64,000 nt of DNA from Vicugna vicugna (lineage: Eukaryota): NCBI GenBank assembly GCA_013265495.1, contig MU058009.1, positions 1,798,001 through 1,862,000 on the forward strand, read 5' to 3'. The notes beneath the pieces were generated by a model, which worked only from the letters and a program-made list of their open reading frames with translations, was not told the origin of the DNA and searched no databases. The position numbers were made by a program, and so were the translations under genes. Positions 12,181 to 25,198 of the stretch are shown one piece after another. Every line of letters begins with the position of its first letter. The first letter of the stretch is position 1.

Positions 12181-14149
12181 GTCTAGGGTAGAAATTTCAG
12201 GGGAGACACCTGCCAGATTACAGAAGACCCTTCTACTCTTCTGTCTCATGTTTGACGCTGGGATCCTGACCTTGGCCCTTCCCCAAACTATCTCGAGCGC
12301 ACGGCTCTCCCAGCCGCTGAGCTCCCGGGAGACCATCTCTTTGTGCAAGATCAGTTCTGGGCAGGAAAGTGCGCTGGGCTCCAGCACACAGCCCCTCAGA
12401 CCCTTGTGGTCAGGGAGTTCCTAAATGAACTCGAAATTTGGGGGCTGGGATCTGTTTACTCTTGGCACACTGGGATTTCCTGTTTCTAAGAAAATGGGCT
12501 TAGATGCTCAGCTGCATTAACCAAACAACATGTTGACGCAAATGAATCTGAAACTTGCCAGTTCCAGACTCTTTAGTAGGTTGGGTTTGGGAATGAGGTA
12601 TTCGAGTGACTTTCCAGGCCCTGAGTTCCAAGCCGGATGGCTCAGGCCAAGCCCTTACTGGGGGGACCGCCTCTCCTACCCTTCCAGGCTGAGCACCCCA
12701 CACCCCACCCAAGCAGGCTTAGATTCAGAGATTCTAGTCATCTTGGAGCAAGTTTGGGGTGGGGGTACCTCTCACTGGTCCACAACTGGCCTTCAATGTA
12801 GGCGTCCCACAGCTGTTCTGGGAGGCTCTGAAGGATCTGTCCTCTAAGAGACTCCATCACCAGTAGCCCATCCTCTTGAAGTGATCACCTTGAGCTGACT
12901 CCTTGGAGCTTCCAGGAAGCTCATGTCAAAATGCAAGTTACTCTTCGACAGGGCTCAAATGACTACACTTACATAGGAGCTTATCTCAGCAAGGTCCTGT
13001 GACTGCGGCAAACCTGGCGGGTTTCGGCAGGGCGTGGGGGAGGGGGAGGGGAGGAGACATTGTCGAGGGGTGCTTCTCAGAGAGGCCCAGCCCAGAGAGG
13101 GGAGGGCACCGTGGTAGCAGTGCTTGAGGGGGATGTTCAGACAAGAAGCAGGTCAGGCTGGAGACCCCCATTTGGTGAGTGTAGACTCCAGAAAACCACC
13201 TGACCTACTTAGCTACAGTTGGCCCACACCTGGGGTACTTACTTTTTTAATCTGTGGCCCCAGGTGTGGACAAGGTCTGTGGGCTGTACCTGCTCCAGCT
13301 CTGGGGAGAACCCCTCTCTCCGCTGGGGAGAAGTCTGCAATTTGTTATCAACATTTGAACCAAGGGACTAAGTTGTATGGCTTTCATATTAAAGGGCAAC
13401 TGTGCAAGTCAAAAACATGCCAATTATTGGAGATTTATTCCATAGCAGGAATTCTAGTCATTCAGATGCTCATTACTAGTGCCCGAGCAGGGGCTAATCT
13501 GATACGGTGCAGTTTCCCTGGGAGAACCCACAGTCCGCAAGTGGTGCAGAAAGTCAGCGTGGGAGCAGGTGATGCAGCATTCGCTTTGCGTTCTGATCAT
13601 GTATCAGGTATTCTGAACCATGATGGGAGAGTCTCTATAAAGAGTCTGGAGAGACGTTTATCCATGACAACAGCATACAAGCTCAAAGCAACAGGGCAAC
13701 AATTCAAGAGAACAGAGAGTGAGGTGGGGGATCAGACAGTGTAAGCGGATAAGCCAAAAAAATATTCAGAAGAAAAGGAACATCCCTGTAGGTTTGGATG
13801 GGTGTGGGAGGGCTTCCTGGAGGAGGTGCGTTGTGATCCAGAAAAGGTCAGCTTCCTGGGGGTCCCCGTCTTTAGGTCATTTAGGGCCAGAGTCAGTGTC
13901 TTTACAGACGTTGGCGGCTCATGAGCCTTGGTGAGTAGCAACAGCTATGGGTAATTTTATGGAGCTTGTGCACAAGGACGGAGACATTTCAGAAATGGAA
14001 ATAAAGGAAGTGTGTTCCTGGTGCCATGTGTGTGCTGAGCGCCAGGAGGTGGCCACATGTGGGAAAGGGAAGGCAAGAAGGAAAACAGGTACAGGAGACT
14101 CTGCTTGCGATTCCAAGGAAGAGATGGATGGAACCCATTCCTTCTTCCC

Positions 14150-14500
14150 TTGATTTAATCATCAAACATTTATCAAGTGCCTGTTATTTCTATGCAGTGC
14201 ACACCATGGAGAATGCAATTATGCATCAGACATGGTCCTTGTCTTTGATCAATTCAGTCTCCCGGTGGACACGGGCAGACGTGAATTTCTTGCTGAAGGA
14301 GGGCAGGTGCTTTCACAAGACTATGCGTCAAGTGTCACAAGAGAGCAAGTGAAGAAATAACCAACTCTGCTGGAAAAAACTAGGAGAGTCAGGGAGGGCT
14401 TCACAGAGGGCAGGTCACGATGGAGTTGATATTTGAAGTGACTTGGAATTTACCTGACAGGGTATTCCAGGCAGAGGGAACTGCGTGGACGGGCACATGA
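14150..14500 (-). mobile_element. L2 fragment
   Basis: ATCATCAAACATTTATCAAGTGCCT..CAGACATGGTCCTTGTC..GTCAGGGAGGGCTTCACAGAGG..GTATTCCAGGCAGAGGGAACTGC. Confidence 0.55.
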
Positions 14501-17124
14501 ATGGGGGAAAGAGTGTCAATAAAAGAGCCACAGGTAGGGGGGCAGCTGGTGGGGAAGCTGGAAAATAGGGCTTGACCCTAAAACCTGTAATGTTTATTAT
14601 ACCAGGCTGCAGAGAATTTGGAATTTATGTTATAGACCCGAGAAAATCAGGACATGCTTTTGTGAAGGAATATGACCACCAGTGTTCTCTTCAATTCCAT
14701 GAAATAAGCATTTATAGAGCGCCTACTACACACAGAGTGCTCACTGTGCTGGGCAGCTCATGGGTCATGCAAAGAAAACATACTCTGAGCCCTCAAGGGT
14801 GGCACCCCCCCCCAGCAATCCTGCGGCGGAGCAGTGGATGGAAAGAGCGAGAAGTGCGACCACAAACAACTCTGATGTCAGACTGTCACAGGGGACGCCT
14901 GGAGGGCTACGGCGGCAGAGACTCCCCGCAGCCCGCTGATTTGTCCCTGACCGCTCAGGCCTGATTCGGAGGCCCAACCATTTCTCATTTCCTTTCCTTG
15001 ATGAGATACCCGAGGTTCTCCCTCCTGCCTCCGGCAAAAGTGCTTTTATTAACCCCACAGAGAACTGTGGGGTTCAGGTCGGCCTGTCTGCAAGTAGATG
15101 ACACCCCAAAGCCACCCAGAACCAGCTTGACAGCTGGCCGTCCCAACAGGTCCCCACGCTTGGCCCGGGACTATGACTCTAGGAGGCAACTCTAGGTGTT
15201 GGGTTTAGATGGAAACTATAATTAGCTGCCCCAGATGCGAGGGAGCGTGGGCGGGGGAAGGGGAGACCTGCATGTGAGTAGCTGTTTCTGGATTTGTTCA
15301 TTTCTGGCTCCTCTTCTTGCCTGGAGTCCACCTTCAGCTGGTTCCTTCCGCTGGCAGATGCAGAGCAACCCCTGAGGTGGGCCTGAACGCCGGCCCCGCA
15401 CAATACTCGGAAACTCAATCAGGGTCTTCCTGTGTCTCCCTCCCCCTCCTTCCCAGCCCCAGCAGCACAGTTGCTGTGTCCACACGTGCACGTGCCTTCA
15501 AGCTAGGAAGCTGGCAGGTCCCCTTCAGAGGGTAACTGAAAGTCTCGATCCCTCACAGCTCACCTGTGACCACAGGCAGCCAGGGCGAGGGACCCGGAGC
15601 TCACTTCCTCAAATCCTGCCTGCCCGCAGACCCCCCAAGAGCCTTCTCCCCAACAGAAGCCCGCAGAACAGGCCAAACAAGGCCCAGACGGCCGCACAGA
15701 CCTTTTGAATGTAGTACATGATTTATAGAAAGACATCTTGGCATCTCTTTCTGTTCTGCTCCCTCCTTTTCTTTTCTCTTCTTGCTGTCTTTTTGGCTGA
15801 GTTGCCTCAGGGCTGGTGGTTTCAAAACTAGCAGCTGCAAACTTATGAAGGGAAAAAAAAACCCAAACCACAAAAACCCGTCTTGTGAAAACCGTGTGGG
15901 CCAGTGTAAGAGCGGCAGGCCGTGCGGGAGGACAGCCTGCTCTTGTGTCAGGAGCACAGAAGCCGGAGTGTCAGGATCATGGCTGGGTCTTAACAGGGGC
16001 AGGAATCTTAGCGTGTGTGTCCAGGGCCCGGGGGAGACAGGGGCAAGGCAGGAGAGGACTCTGGAGGAGGGTGAGCTCTTTACCGGCCCAGAGGCTCTCA
16101 GGAATGGCTCCCTGCATCAGATGCGCTGTCTGAAACAGTCTGGCTTCCCAAATGCAAATCAGAGCAGCTGTCACCGCCACATGACCGGTGTCTTCCTCCA
16201 GGACCTAAGATCCAGGCTCTACTCCTAGTCTACTTGGGAGCTTTGGGAGCACCTGTCACTGCGTCCCAGCTCCTGTCTCAGTGCCATCGTCCCCAGCTAA
16301 CACCCACTCACACTCACCTGTGTCCTCACGCCTTTCGGAACACCACGAATGAAACAAAGGCACCTCCCCAAACCTGGCCCCAGCTCCCGCTCCACTGCTA
16401 GGAAGGGAGGAGGAAGGACCGGACGGGAATCCTAAGACCCTCTCGGAGAGAGTCAAGCCCTTGTCTGGCCCAAGGTTGGAAAAAGAAGTCCTCAGCAGTT
16501 TCACTGAATGTTCAGGCTGGAAAGGAGAGTTCCCTGAGGGACATCAACTGCCCTGGGCTGTTTCTCCCGGCCTCCAGCCCAAGCTCCACACCAGTATCAT
16601 CTCTGACCAGAGCCAAGAGGGTGCTTGAGTCATTTGGCCAGATCCCTGGGCCATCTGCTGCGGATGCTAAGAACAGGCTACTCGTCGACCCCCAGACAAA
16701 GACCAACCCCAAGAGGCCCCGCGGGCAGCACTCAAGGCCAGGCCCTGGGGGAGGAGACGAAAGAGAGAGGCGGGCCCAGTCGAATGAAGGGGACCCCAGT
16801 GGACTCCAGTTGTGAATGCCAGGCGGGAGAAGTCGCGTGTGAGTGTGAGTCTGAGCATTTGAGGAGAAGCAGAGCTGGTGAAGAGATCAAAACTGGGTGG
16901 GGTTAATGAGAGGAGGCTTCAAGGAGGAAGTGAGTTCTGAGTAGAGGTTGAAGGAGGGGAGGGCCAACGGCTGGGGGAGGGGGAAGAGGAAGTGTGTCCT
17001 GTGGGGGAGGGTGGCTGGTCTTCGGGAAGAGTGAACGCGGGTTTACTCCTGGGAGCTGGGCCACCCTCCCGGACCCACCTAGAGTGTATTTTCAAGGAGG
17101 AAGAATAATATCGATCAACAACAG

Positions 17125-17315
17125 GCTTGCTGTGTAGTGGACAGAGCGCTTTGGAAAGAACCCGTTTTGGAATCAGGCAGATCTGAGTTGAGTTCCTAGC
17201 CCTGCCTCTGATAAGCTGGCAGGCCTCACCTTTTCAAACTACCAAATGAGGAAAGTATTTCATAAGGCTATGGTGAGAGTGAAATTAAACGGAATAACTT
17301 GCACAAAGTGCTGGG
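17125..17315 (+). mobile_element. MIR SINE
   Basis: GTGTAGTGGACAGAGC..TTTGGAATCAGGCAGATCTGAGTTGAGTTCCTAGCCCTGCCTCTG..GCACAAAGTGCTGG. Confidence 0.55.
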
Positions 17316-20300
17316 TTCCGTACCTGTGAGAGCAGCTCCTCAGGTGACAGGGACTGGCGGGGTATGTTTTATGGCTTACAGGTTAGAAAGGCAGCCACAG
17401 GAAGCTACTCTAAGTCCCCAGGGGGTAAGAGTATAAGGAATCCGGGCTCTTTGAACACTAATCTCAGCAGGTCAGGCCCACTTCAGCCTTTCAGTGGGAT
17501 GAAGTCAGCTGAGATCGAGTCAGTCCGGCGGCTAGGTCCATGGTGAGGCTGTGCACAGGGCTGACACCTGGCCTCCAGTGCTGGCCTGCAACAGCCAGAG
17601 GCCTCCGGGCACAGGTTGGAGTCCCGTCTGATGGAGAAGCAGGCACATTCAACCACGCGAGCTGATCAGTGTTTAACCACCAGCTCCCCAGGTCTGTGTA
17701 ACCTGTTTCCGTGGTGCGAACACGCCCACTGTGGTCAGGGTCACTCCGCCAGTATGATGGCACTGAATGTGGGGCATGCAGTGAGCTCTCCCAGTGTGAC
17801 CAGTGCCAACGCTCCACTGCCCCCAAAGCCGCTACCCAGGTGCTGGGAAGGGCACCTGTCCTCCGGCCCCGCCTGGTTTTGTTTCTTGTTTGTTTGTTCA
17901 GTAGAGGTGAGGAGCGGCCTCCCTGCCCTGTCCTCCATCCTCCTCTGGGCAGAAGTAACGTTCCCTCCCAGGACCCACTTCCCCTCGGGCCAGTTCCAAA
18001 CTGACTAGCAAGTTCATTTTCCTCACAAGCTGAAACAAGATAAAACAGGGGGTATGTGCAGGGGGCCTTCAGCTCTGCTTTAAGAGGGACCAGCAGGTGC
18101 AGCTCCCAAGGCCCCACACTCATTCCAGGAGCTAAGGTCACCCCGCCTCGTGCTCCCCGGGCTGCGTGGCCACCAAGGGAGCCAATGAGGCTTTGTGTCC
18201 TTCAGGAAGTGGCCACAGCCTCTGGCTTCGTGGTTTGTGAATTACCCAGCAGTGGCCAGCGCAGGATCCGGGATGCCGGAGCCAAAGAGGTCTTAGGGAT
18301 GGGCTGTGCGCCCGCTCGCTGCCAGGTGAGGGGACAGGGTCAGCCCCTTGCTGGGGCAGGTCTAGACCCCGGCTTCTCTTTCTTGCCCGGCTGATGTGCA
18401 CACACGTTCCTCAATCATTTCTTCCTTAATTCCTGTGGCCCCTTGCGGGTGCGAACTGCCTCAGGCAAGCCTCGTCTTTCTCACGTGTTCTCCATGGGTA
18501 CCCAGCCCTGGGCACAGACTTGTGGACGAGCTGATGAACAGATCTGCTCCTGTTTGCAGTAAAAGAAGTGGCAGGAGTGGTGGGAAAGGAGCAGCACCAG
18601 GGCAGCTCCCTCCCCGCAAACCCCACCCAGCAAATTCTGTCTTGGGATTCCTACCTTCAGTTACAGGAACTTTCTCGTTTCCACTCCCTGTTTACCCCGT
18701 GGGCATCAGCAGCCTGACCTGAGTGTTGGGTAAACCTGCATCACCTGCGCCTTGCTGAGAGATGCAGTAAACCAAGACTGACTACGGTCAATTAGCCCCC
18801 TAGGGGGTGGGCTGGGGGGACCCGTGACTCTTTGGGCCTCTACTGCAAGCACCAGAGACCATGCCTGGGGTTCTCGTATTCCACGAGGTGACCCACGTTG
18901 GGCCTCCTGTGATGGCAGAGCTGCAGTATCCATCTCGGTTCAAGAAAGGCTCCCACGTGACTCCTAAATCACCAAAGACAGGGCAGCTTTGGAGTTTCAT
19001 GCGGGGAGCATCTTTCTTCCGCCAGGCACCTTGCTCTGCGACCCGGCGTGGATGCCCAGCCGGACTCTGCCAGGACCCTGTGTTATGTTCTGTGTTTAAA
19101 AGAAAAGAGGCAGGGTGAGGGATTAATAGAGTGACAGGAAGTGAGCTTATTATATTTATAAACAATGAGCCCATGTTCGCATTTCAGGTGTCCTGATTCA
19201 TCTTGCAGGTGGGAGGGAAAGACCGCTGGCAACTTTTCGCTCAGGGCTCTGGGTTTTGGAACAGGATTTCCTCTGCAAGTTGTCGAAGATCAGATAAAAG
19301 TCTTAATCTCAGGCACACACAGCCGCAGGCCTTGGCCCCTGCCACTGTGTGCTTGACTTTCAGTAATGAAACTGAACAATGGTTTGGGACTGAGGACAAT
19401 TAAAGAGGTGGGAAAAGAAACACGTGAGGCTTGAGGGATGGGGGGCTTTCCAAGGGAGATGCAGCTCCGCTGAGTGGGAAAACCGGCTGCCATCCAGCCT
19501 GGGACTCCTTCACTCCCTTTGCTTCCTTGTGCCAAAGAGAAAGTCTACAGAGCAGACGCGCACACCTACCACCTTTTTTTAAAGGATGGAAGCAAGAGGC
19601 ATTCACTGCTGCTTCTCGAGCTGGATTCTTCTCACGCTGCCTGGGGAGCACCACGTCCCAGCATCGGCTGATGGGACTGTGGGGTTGGGAACCCTTTTTA
19701 ACTGTTCTCCACAATGCTTGCACTAAAGGGGTGCCTATCTGTTTCAAAATGCACCTGTAACTTCAACATCTTTTTAGAGCAGGAAGGACCAAGACTTTTA
19801 GGTGCTGCGTTTAGTAAGTGGCTCTGTTAGGGAGAGCTCCAAGGAGCAGTGAATCAACACACCTGACCTCCGGGAGTGCTCACCCCCCGCACGGGGTTTA
19901 TCCGTGCTGGCTGAGCCCGCCGACTGAGTCAGCGCCAGAAGCTGTGGGTCGCGGAGGAGCTGAAGGTCTTGCAATCAGGGTCTGCACTCTGCAGGATTCC
20001 TCTTGCTCTAAAGTTCCACTTTGATTTCACGTTCTCAGCACCTCAACTCCACCTGCCATGTATGCGTTCGGTTGCGAGGGTCTCGTGCTGGGCTTGTCAC
20101 TCATATTCCCTCTTCTGTCCTCACAACACATGATTCCCGTTTTACAGACGAAAACCTGCATCTCAGAGAAGTTCCCAAACTGGCCCAAGGTCACCCAGTG
20201 TGCGCGTTAGACCAAAGCACTTACACCCACGCTCCGCGGGGTGGGGCTTCCAGAGCCTCCCTGTCCTCACACGGCTCCCCGTGTGCTTTCAGTGGGGAAA

Positions 20301-23300
20301 GGAGCGTGGTCAGGGGCCAGCTACTGCTGCTAAAGCCAAGGTCCAGCTCAGGAAAGTGCGTTTTTAGTCTAGAACATTGATAAACTCTCCGGCACTCCCG
20401 GGAAGTCACTTCCAAAGCAGTGAAGAAGGGCTCTGCTCTGGGGGAGGGCCTGGGGGGACCTTTCTCCTTCCCTCGCTGTTCCCGTGTGAGGACAGAAGTG
20501 ACCTGTGATCTGGGCTCCATGAGCCCTGACACCACGACTGTCCTGTTGGCTCCGCCTCTGGTACGATTCTGGGGACTAGACCCAGAATTATTTGTGTGAC
20601 AAGTAAACGTGAAGGGATGCACTTACTTATTTGCCAGGAGGATGTAATGGGGGGAAGCAAAGCCTAATTAGTGAGTTGCAGGGGAAACACAATCTGTGGA
20701 ATAAATGATTTTCCCAGCTGGGCTGTATTTAGAGGCTCCTGGAAATCTTGCATTTTTCCATCTCTGTTTCCCGGCCTTTCTGAGCCTTGGCTGAATGGAT
20801 CCGGAAATCCTCTGGCAAAGAAAGTGCACTGGTCTGTTCACCTTGACAATGAAGAGAATGAAAAGTCTTGTAAATGTCCCTCTTCCTTCTCAGGTGGAGC
20901 GATAAATTTTGCAAGCACCTTAGGAGGCCCCGAGGAAAAAGCCAGTGCCTTGTCCTCTCCCGCTGAAAAGCTCGTAATAATCTGTGCAAAACAGCACCTC
21001 TGGATAAACACAATGTGGCTATATATATAGCCCTGGCCATTTCCTGTTGCTCTGCACTGCCGCTTGTGTGGCGAAGGTAGGGTGAGGCTGTGACCATAAG
21101 CTGCACGGTGACTCGTACATTAGCTGTGCCCTCTCCTTCCTGTGCTGCCGACAGCCCTGGTGGACCAGATGGCACTGCAGGACCCCCCCCAAGACCTGTC
21201 CAGGGGGGTGTCTGCAAGGTGCGCTCCCATCCTTTCTGGGTACCAGTTGCCTTGCTGCAGAGATGTTGGTGCAAAAAAAAGCACTGAAGAGCTTGCAGCC
21301 AGCGTGCTTGTCTAACGGTCCGTTTATGTAACTTTTGCACCACAAAGCAAGAGGTCAAGGAAGCAGGGGTGGTAACAGAGGGCGCAGCCCTTGTTCTGTT
21401 TAAAGGGGCAGCATCGGCACAAACTGCCATAGTGAGGTTGTATTAAAAATCATTTGGCAAAGCCCAAGGCTCACTGCCACGTGCTAGAAACCCACCATGC
21501 CAGAAACAGTAACCATGATTGGATCTTCGGAATGGCCTCTCATCTGAGGATTTCAAAATGCTTGAGTAGACATCTCACGGTGCAGTCTCGGAGCTGCACA
21601 CGAGACTCCCACTTTACTAAGCAATGAAATGTAGGCACCAAGATGGCAGAGACTTTCCCCAAACCTATAGCGAGTCAGGAGAAGAGACCAGAGTAAAATT
21701 CACCAGGGCCCACCGCTCTCCATCCACCAAGGCAGTGACCCCTGTCTCATTCCTGGGCACCGCTGCCCTCCTTCTTATGTGGGAGAGAAGCCTAGGGTGG
21801 AATCTGACATTTTTTAAAAAGCTTTTTAGGAAATTCTGTGCGCAGAAAGAATCACTGTGGGTCAAAATCACTTCAGCTGACATGTGCTTGCGTGAATTGC
21901 TGAATGAAAACTCGTCATTTACCAAGGCGAAGAGCAAGGATGGAGTGCTTGCTGTCTGCCGGGCATGGTGCTGATTCTTAGGTGCACGAGTGAAACCTGA
22001 CCAGAGATCCCGCCTTCAATTCGTCTGGTGGGGGAGAGGCATTCATCCCACTTTTCAAATATATAAATGAATATATAATTACAAATGTGGTCCTTGTGAT
22101 GAAGAGAGGGCAGGTGGCTCTGAGAAAGAACTCAAGGCTGGATGTAATTTCGTCTGGGGGACTCGGAGCGAGGCCCTCGGAAGATGTGATATTTACACAC
22201 AAATGATGCAGGTGGAAGGAAGAGCATGCATCAGCGCTTTCAGCACAAAACCAAAGCGAGTTATGATTCTAAGAAGCAACGAGTTACCAAAAAAAAAAAA
22301 AAAGGAATTGCTCTCCTGAGCTTAAGTGCATACATGCATTTGTCTTTGCCAAGGGAACCACGCCTCCTTCTCCCAAGAGCGCAGGTGGTTTATGGCAGGA
22401 AAAGAGAAGAAAAGTGAGGTCCAGGGAGGTAGGGTCTGACAATGACTTGTGACAAAGTTTCTATTAGGGCACGTCACTGCTTCCAGAATGAGCCTGCAGG
22501 ATGTCCCCGATGCTTTATGCAAACAGGATTCTGTGTTCAAATTAGCGTGGGAAGCACCGGCTTATTCAGAGCCACAGGGGCCTGTGTCTCGGGGTTTGTC
22601 AGGATGTCGCACGTGCTGACAGCGATCAGGCATCTGTAAGGGACGGAGAGGAGTGATATCCAGTGCGCAGTGTTTTCCAAACAAACGTGATGGTGGGCCA
22701 GTTCTTCTCCTCTGGGCACCTAACAGAAGTCCTGAAACTTGATTCCGCCTAAGACCCACTTGGCGACAGTCAAGAGCGCTGATCCAAGGCTCCGGCTCCT
22801 GAGGGTCTAATTCACGTAATCCAGAATGGTCCTGGCAAGCTTCGTTTTTAATCAATACCTCAAGCGCTTTTGAGGCAGCAAATCCAGGAACCGCACTTTG
22901 AGAAGAAGTCAGTGGGTTAGTATTCCAGGGAACATCTCAGCCGCACACGCATTCCCGTGACCAGCCTTCCTGGCTTCCGCGCGTTCCTGTAAACCTGGTT
23001 TATGCTAAGTGACCACAACTAAGTTATTGGGCCAGGATAATTTTTTAAAAATAATAATAAGCAAAATATGTCACAGACGGCAAATCCGACCTTGATCTGG
23101 AATCCACTGGGTGTCACAGGTAGAGCTACGAAGGCCACCTCTGTCACCTGGGCTCAGTCGGCAGGAGCATCACGTGTGGCGTACGGTGCTGTGCACTGAA
23201 GATACCGGGAGCTGTGCAAACACGAGCGAGATCCGGCAGATCTTTTTCTGCGGGAGGTGCCCATCTTTGTCTTCGTCTAATTAGCCCTGTCTCTGAGGCC

Positions 23301-25198
23301 ACCTCCCTTCCTTTCACGTGGAACAAAAGTGCTCAGAGAGACACGTCTTGATGCATTCATACGCAAAGAAGCTGGCGTCTTTTATTTTCTCTGCCCTGAT
23401 CCTGGCCTGCAGAATGAAGAAGTCTGGAGAAACGAAACGGGCTCTGTGCAGGGGGCGTGGGTTCCCCAGGCCCCTCCTGTCCGGGTTGCAGTCAGCGCAG
23501 TGAGGAGGGGGACCACGGATGGGCTGGCTGCTAGGGTGCAAGGCCCCCATGGCCTGCCTGGGCCACAGCAGCCCCCACTTTTCCCAGTGCTCCTGACACA
23601 TCTAGAGTCACACACCAGCTTGCCAGAGGTTTGGCTTGATTCAGAGAGAGACGGGAGGTAGGGAGGAGACACAGAAGGAAAAACGGAAGGGAAGATTTTG
23701 TTTCCCTGCCCATTCAGCAGCCCTGCCCTGTCTTTGTCAGACACGCAGCCCAAACATTTAGATAAGGCTATGCACACGCAGGTGCCAGAGACCTGGTTCT
23801 AGGGGGACGCAGGTCTCAAGATGAGTCGTGTGTAAGAACACACATGCGGAACCTGGCTGAAAGCCGAGAGTGCCTGTGGCCCCAGCCACACTGAGGGCAG
23901 ACGTGTGTTAGCTTCTGCAGGTGCTAACTGCAGGTTGAACGCGTTTGTCCCGCTGACCCACACAGTCGGCCTCTCGGTGTGTTTTGCTGAGTCTGCACTA
24001 ACCCTCTGGCTGGTGGTCATTTGCTCTTGGTGGCCAGTTTCGTTTCCTGGTTCTGAGAACATGGCAGTGGGGCCTGTGGCTCAGGCATACTGTATCCCTG
24101 CAGGAAGTGTGCCAGCTTTAACCTGTCAGAGCCAGCAGCCTCCTGTCCGGCGCATGCCGTCCATCACCAAGTGTCTCTGGACCCCCAGGGAGCCCACTAC
24201 CAGTTAAAACGGTAGCTCACAGATAAAGATCTCGCCTCAAAACTCAACCCAACCAGGGGGACAAGATCAAAAGGGAAAGAAAAATGGCTTCAACAGAAAA
24301 AATGAATGTCCTCAGTGCTATGGGGGTTGGGGGCAAAGAAAGCATCAGTGATAGGGGACCCCTGGGAAGGGCTGGTTATCGGGGGTCCAGAAGGTGGGGT
24401 CACGTGTGTGCGACCAGAAATGAGTTCTTAGCCCCTCCTGATCAGCAAAAGAGGGGAGGGGAGTAACACGACCTACGTCTTCAGTTTTTTAAGTAAGATT
24501 ACGGGTATGGGAAGCCTCTGCTACGATGTCTTAAACACCATAAAACACTCCAAATAGCTCAGCTATTATTATTGCTACAATAACAGGATGGAGGGAAATC
24601 AGTCTCGAAGATGTATCTTCTGCCGTTTCCACTAGAAAAAGAGAGAGAGGCAGAGGCCGAGCTGAGTGTAGGAATTAACCCCGCCCGGGGGCTCCTCACC
24701 CTGCGCCCGAACTCCTCTGTAACCAGTTGGGGGTTATCAATGCTTATCATTGATCTTGAAAGACTGAAATTGGACTTATCGTTTCTAAGATTTGGAAAAA
24801 TCCAAGAAACTTTTGTACTTCCTGAGGTACCATTTGGTTTTCACTGTCAGGGAGCTGACCTTAATTTAGGAGAACTTGGTGACTGTGTAGTGGGTGTAAT
24901 TCCTTGAGAGATCAGTTTGATGTTCAAGAAATAATCCTGGTGAATATCAGTATTACGAGGTGTCTGGACAACACAGGCGAGCCTAAGGTGGCCTTGTAAC
25001 GCCTGTGGGACGGTGATTTCCTAGGTAGTTCAATGAGCCAGGAGCCTGAATCCGGCTGTAGTTGGGGAATATATTGTGAAATGCTAATGAATTTCATAGG
25101 CCTTTCCGAGTTTTCCCCACCCTCACATACCAGGTCCTCTTGGAAATTCATATGATTCTCACAAACAGAAAATAGTATTCAGAATAAGATTTTTTAGT

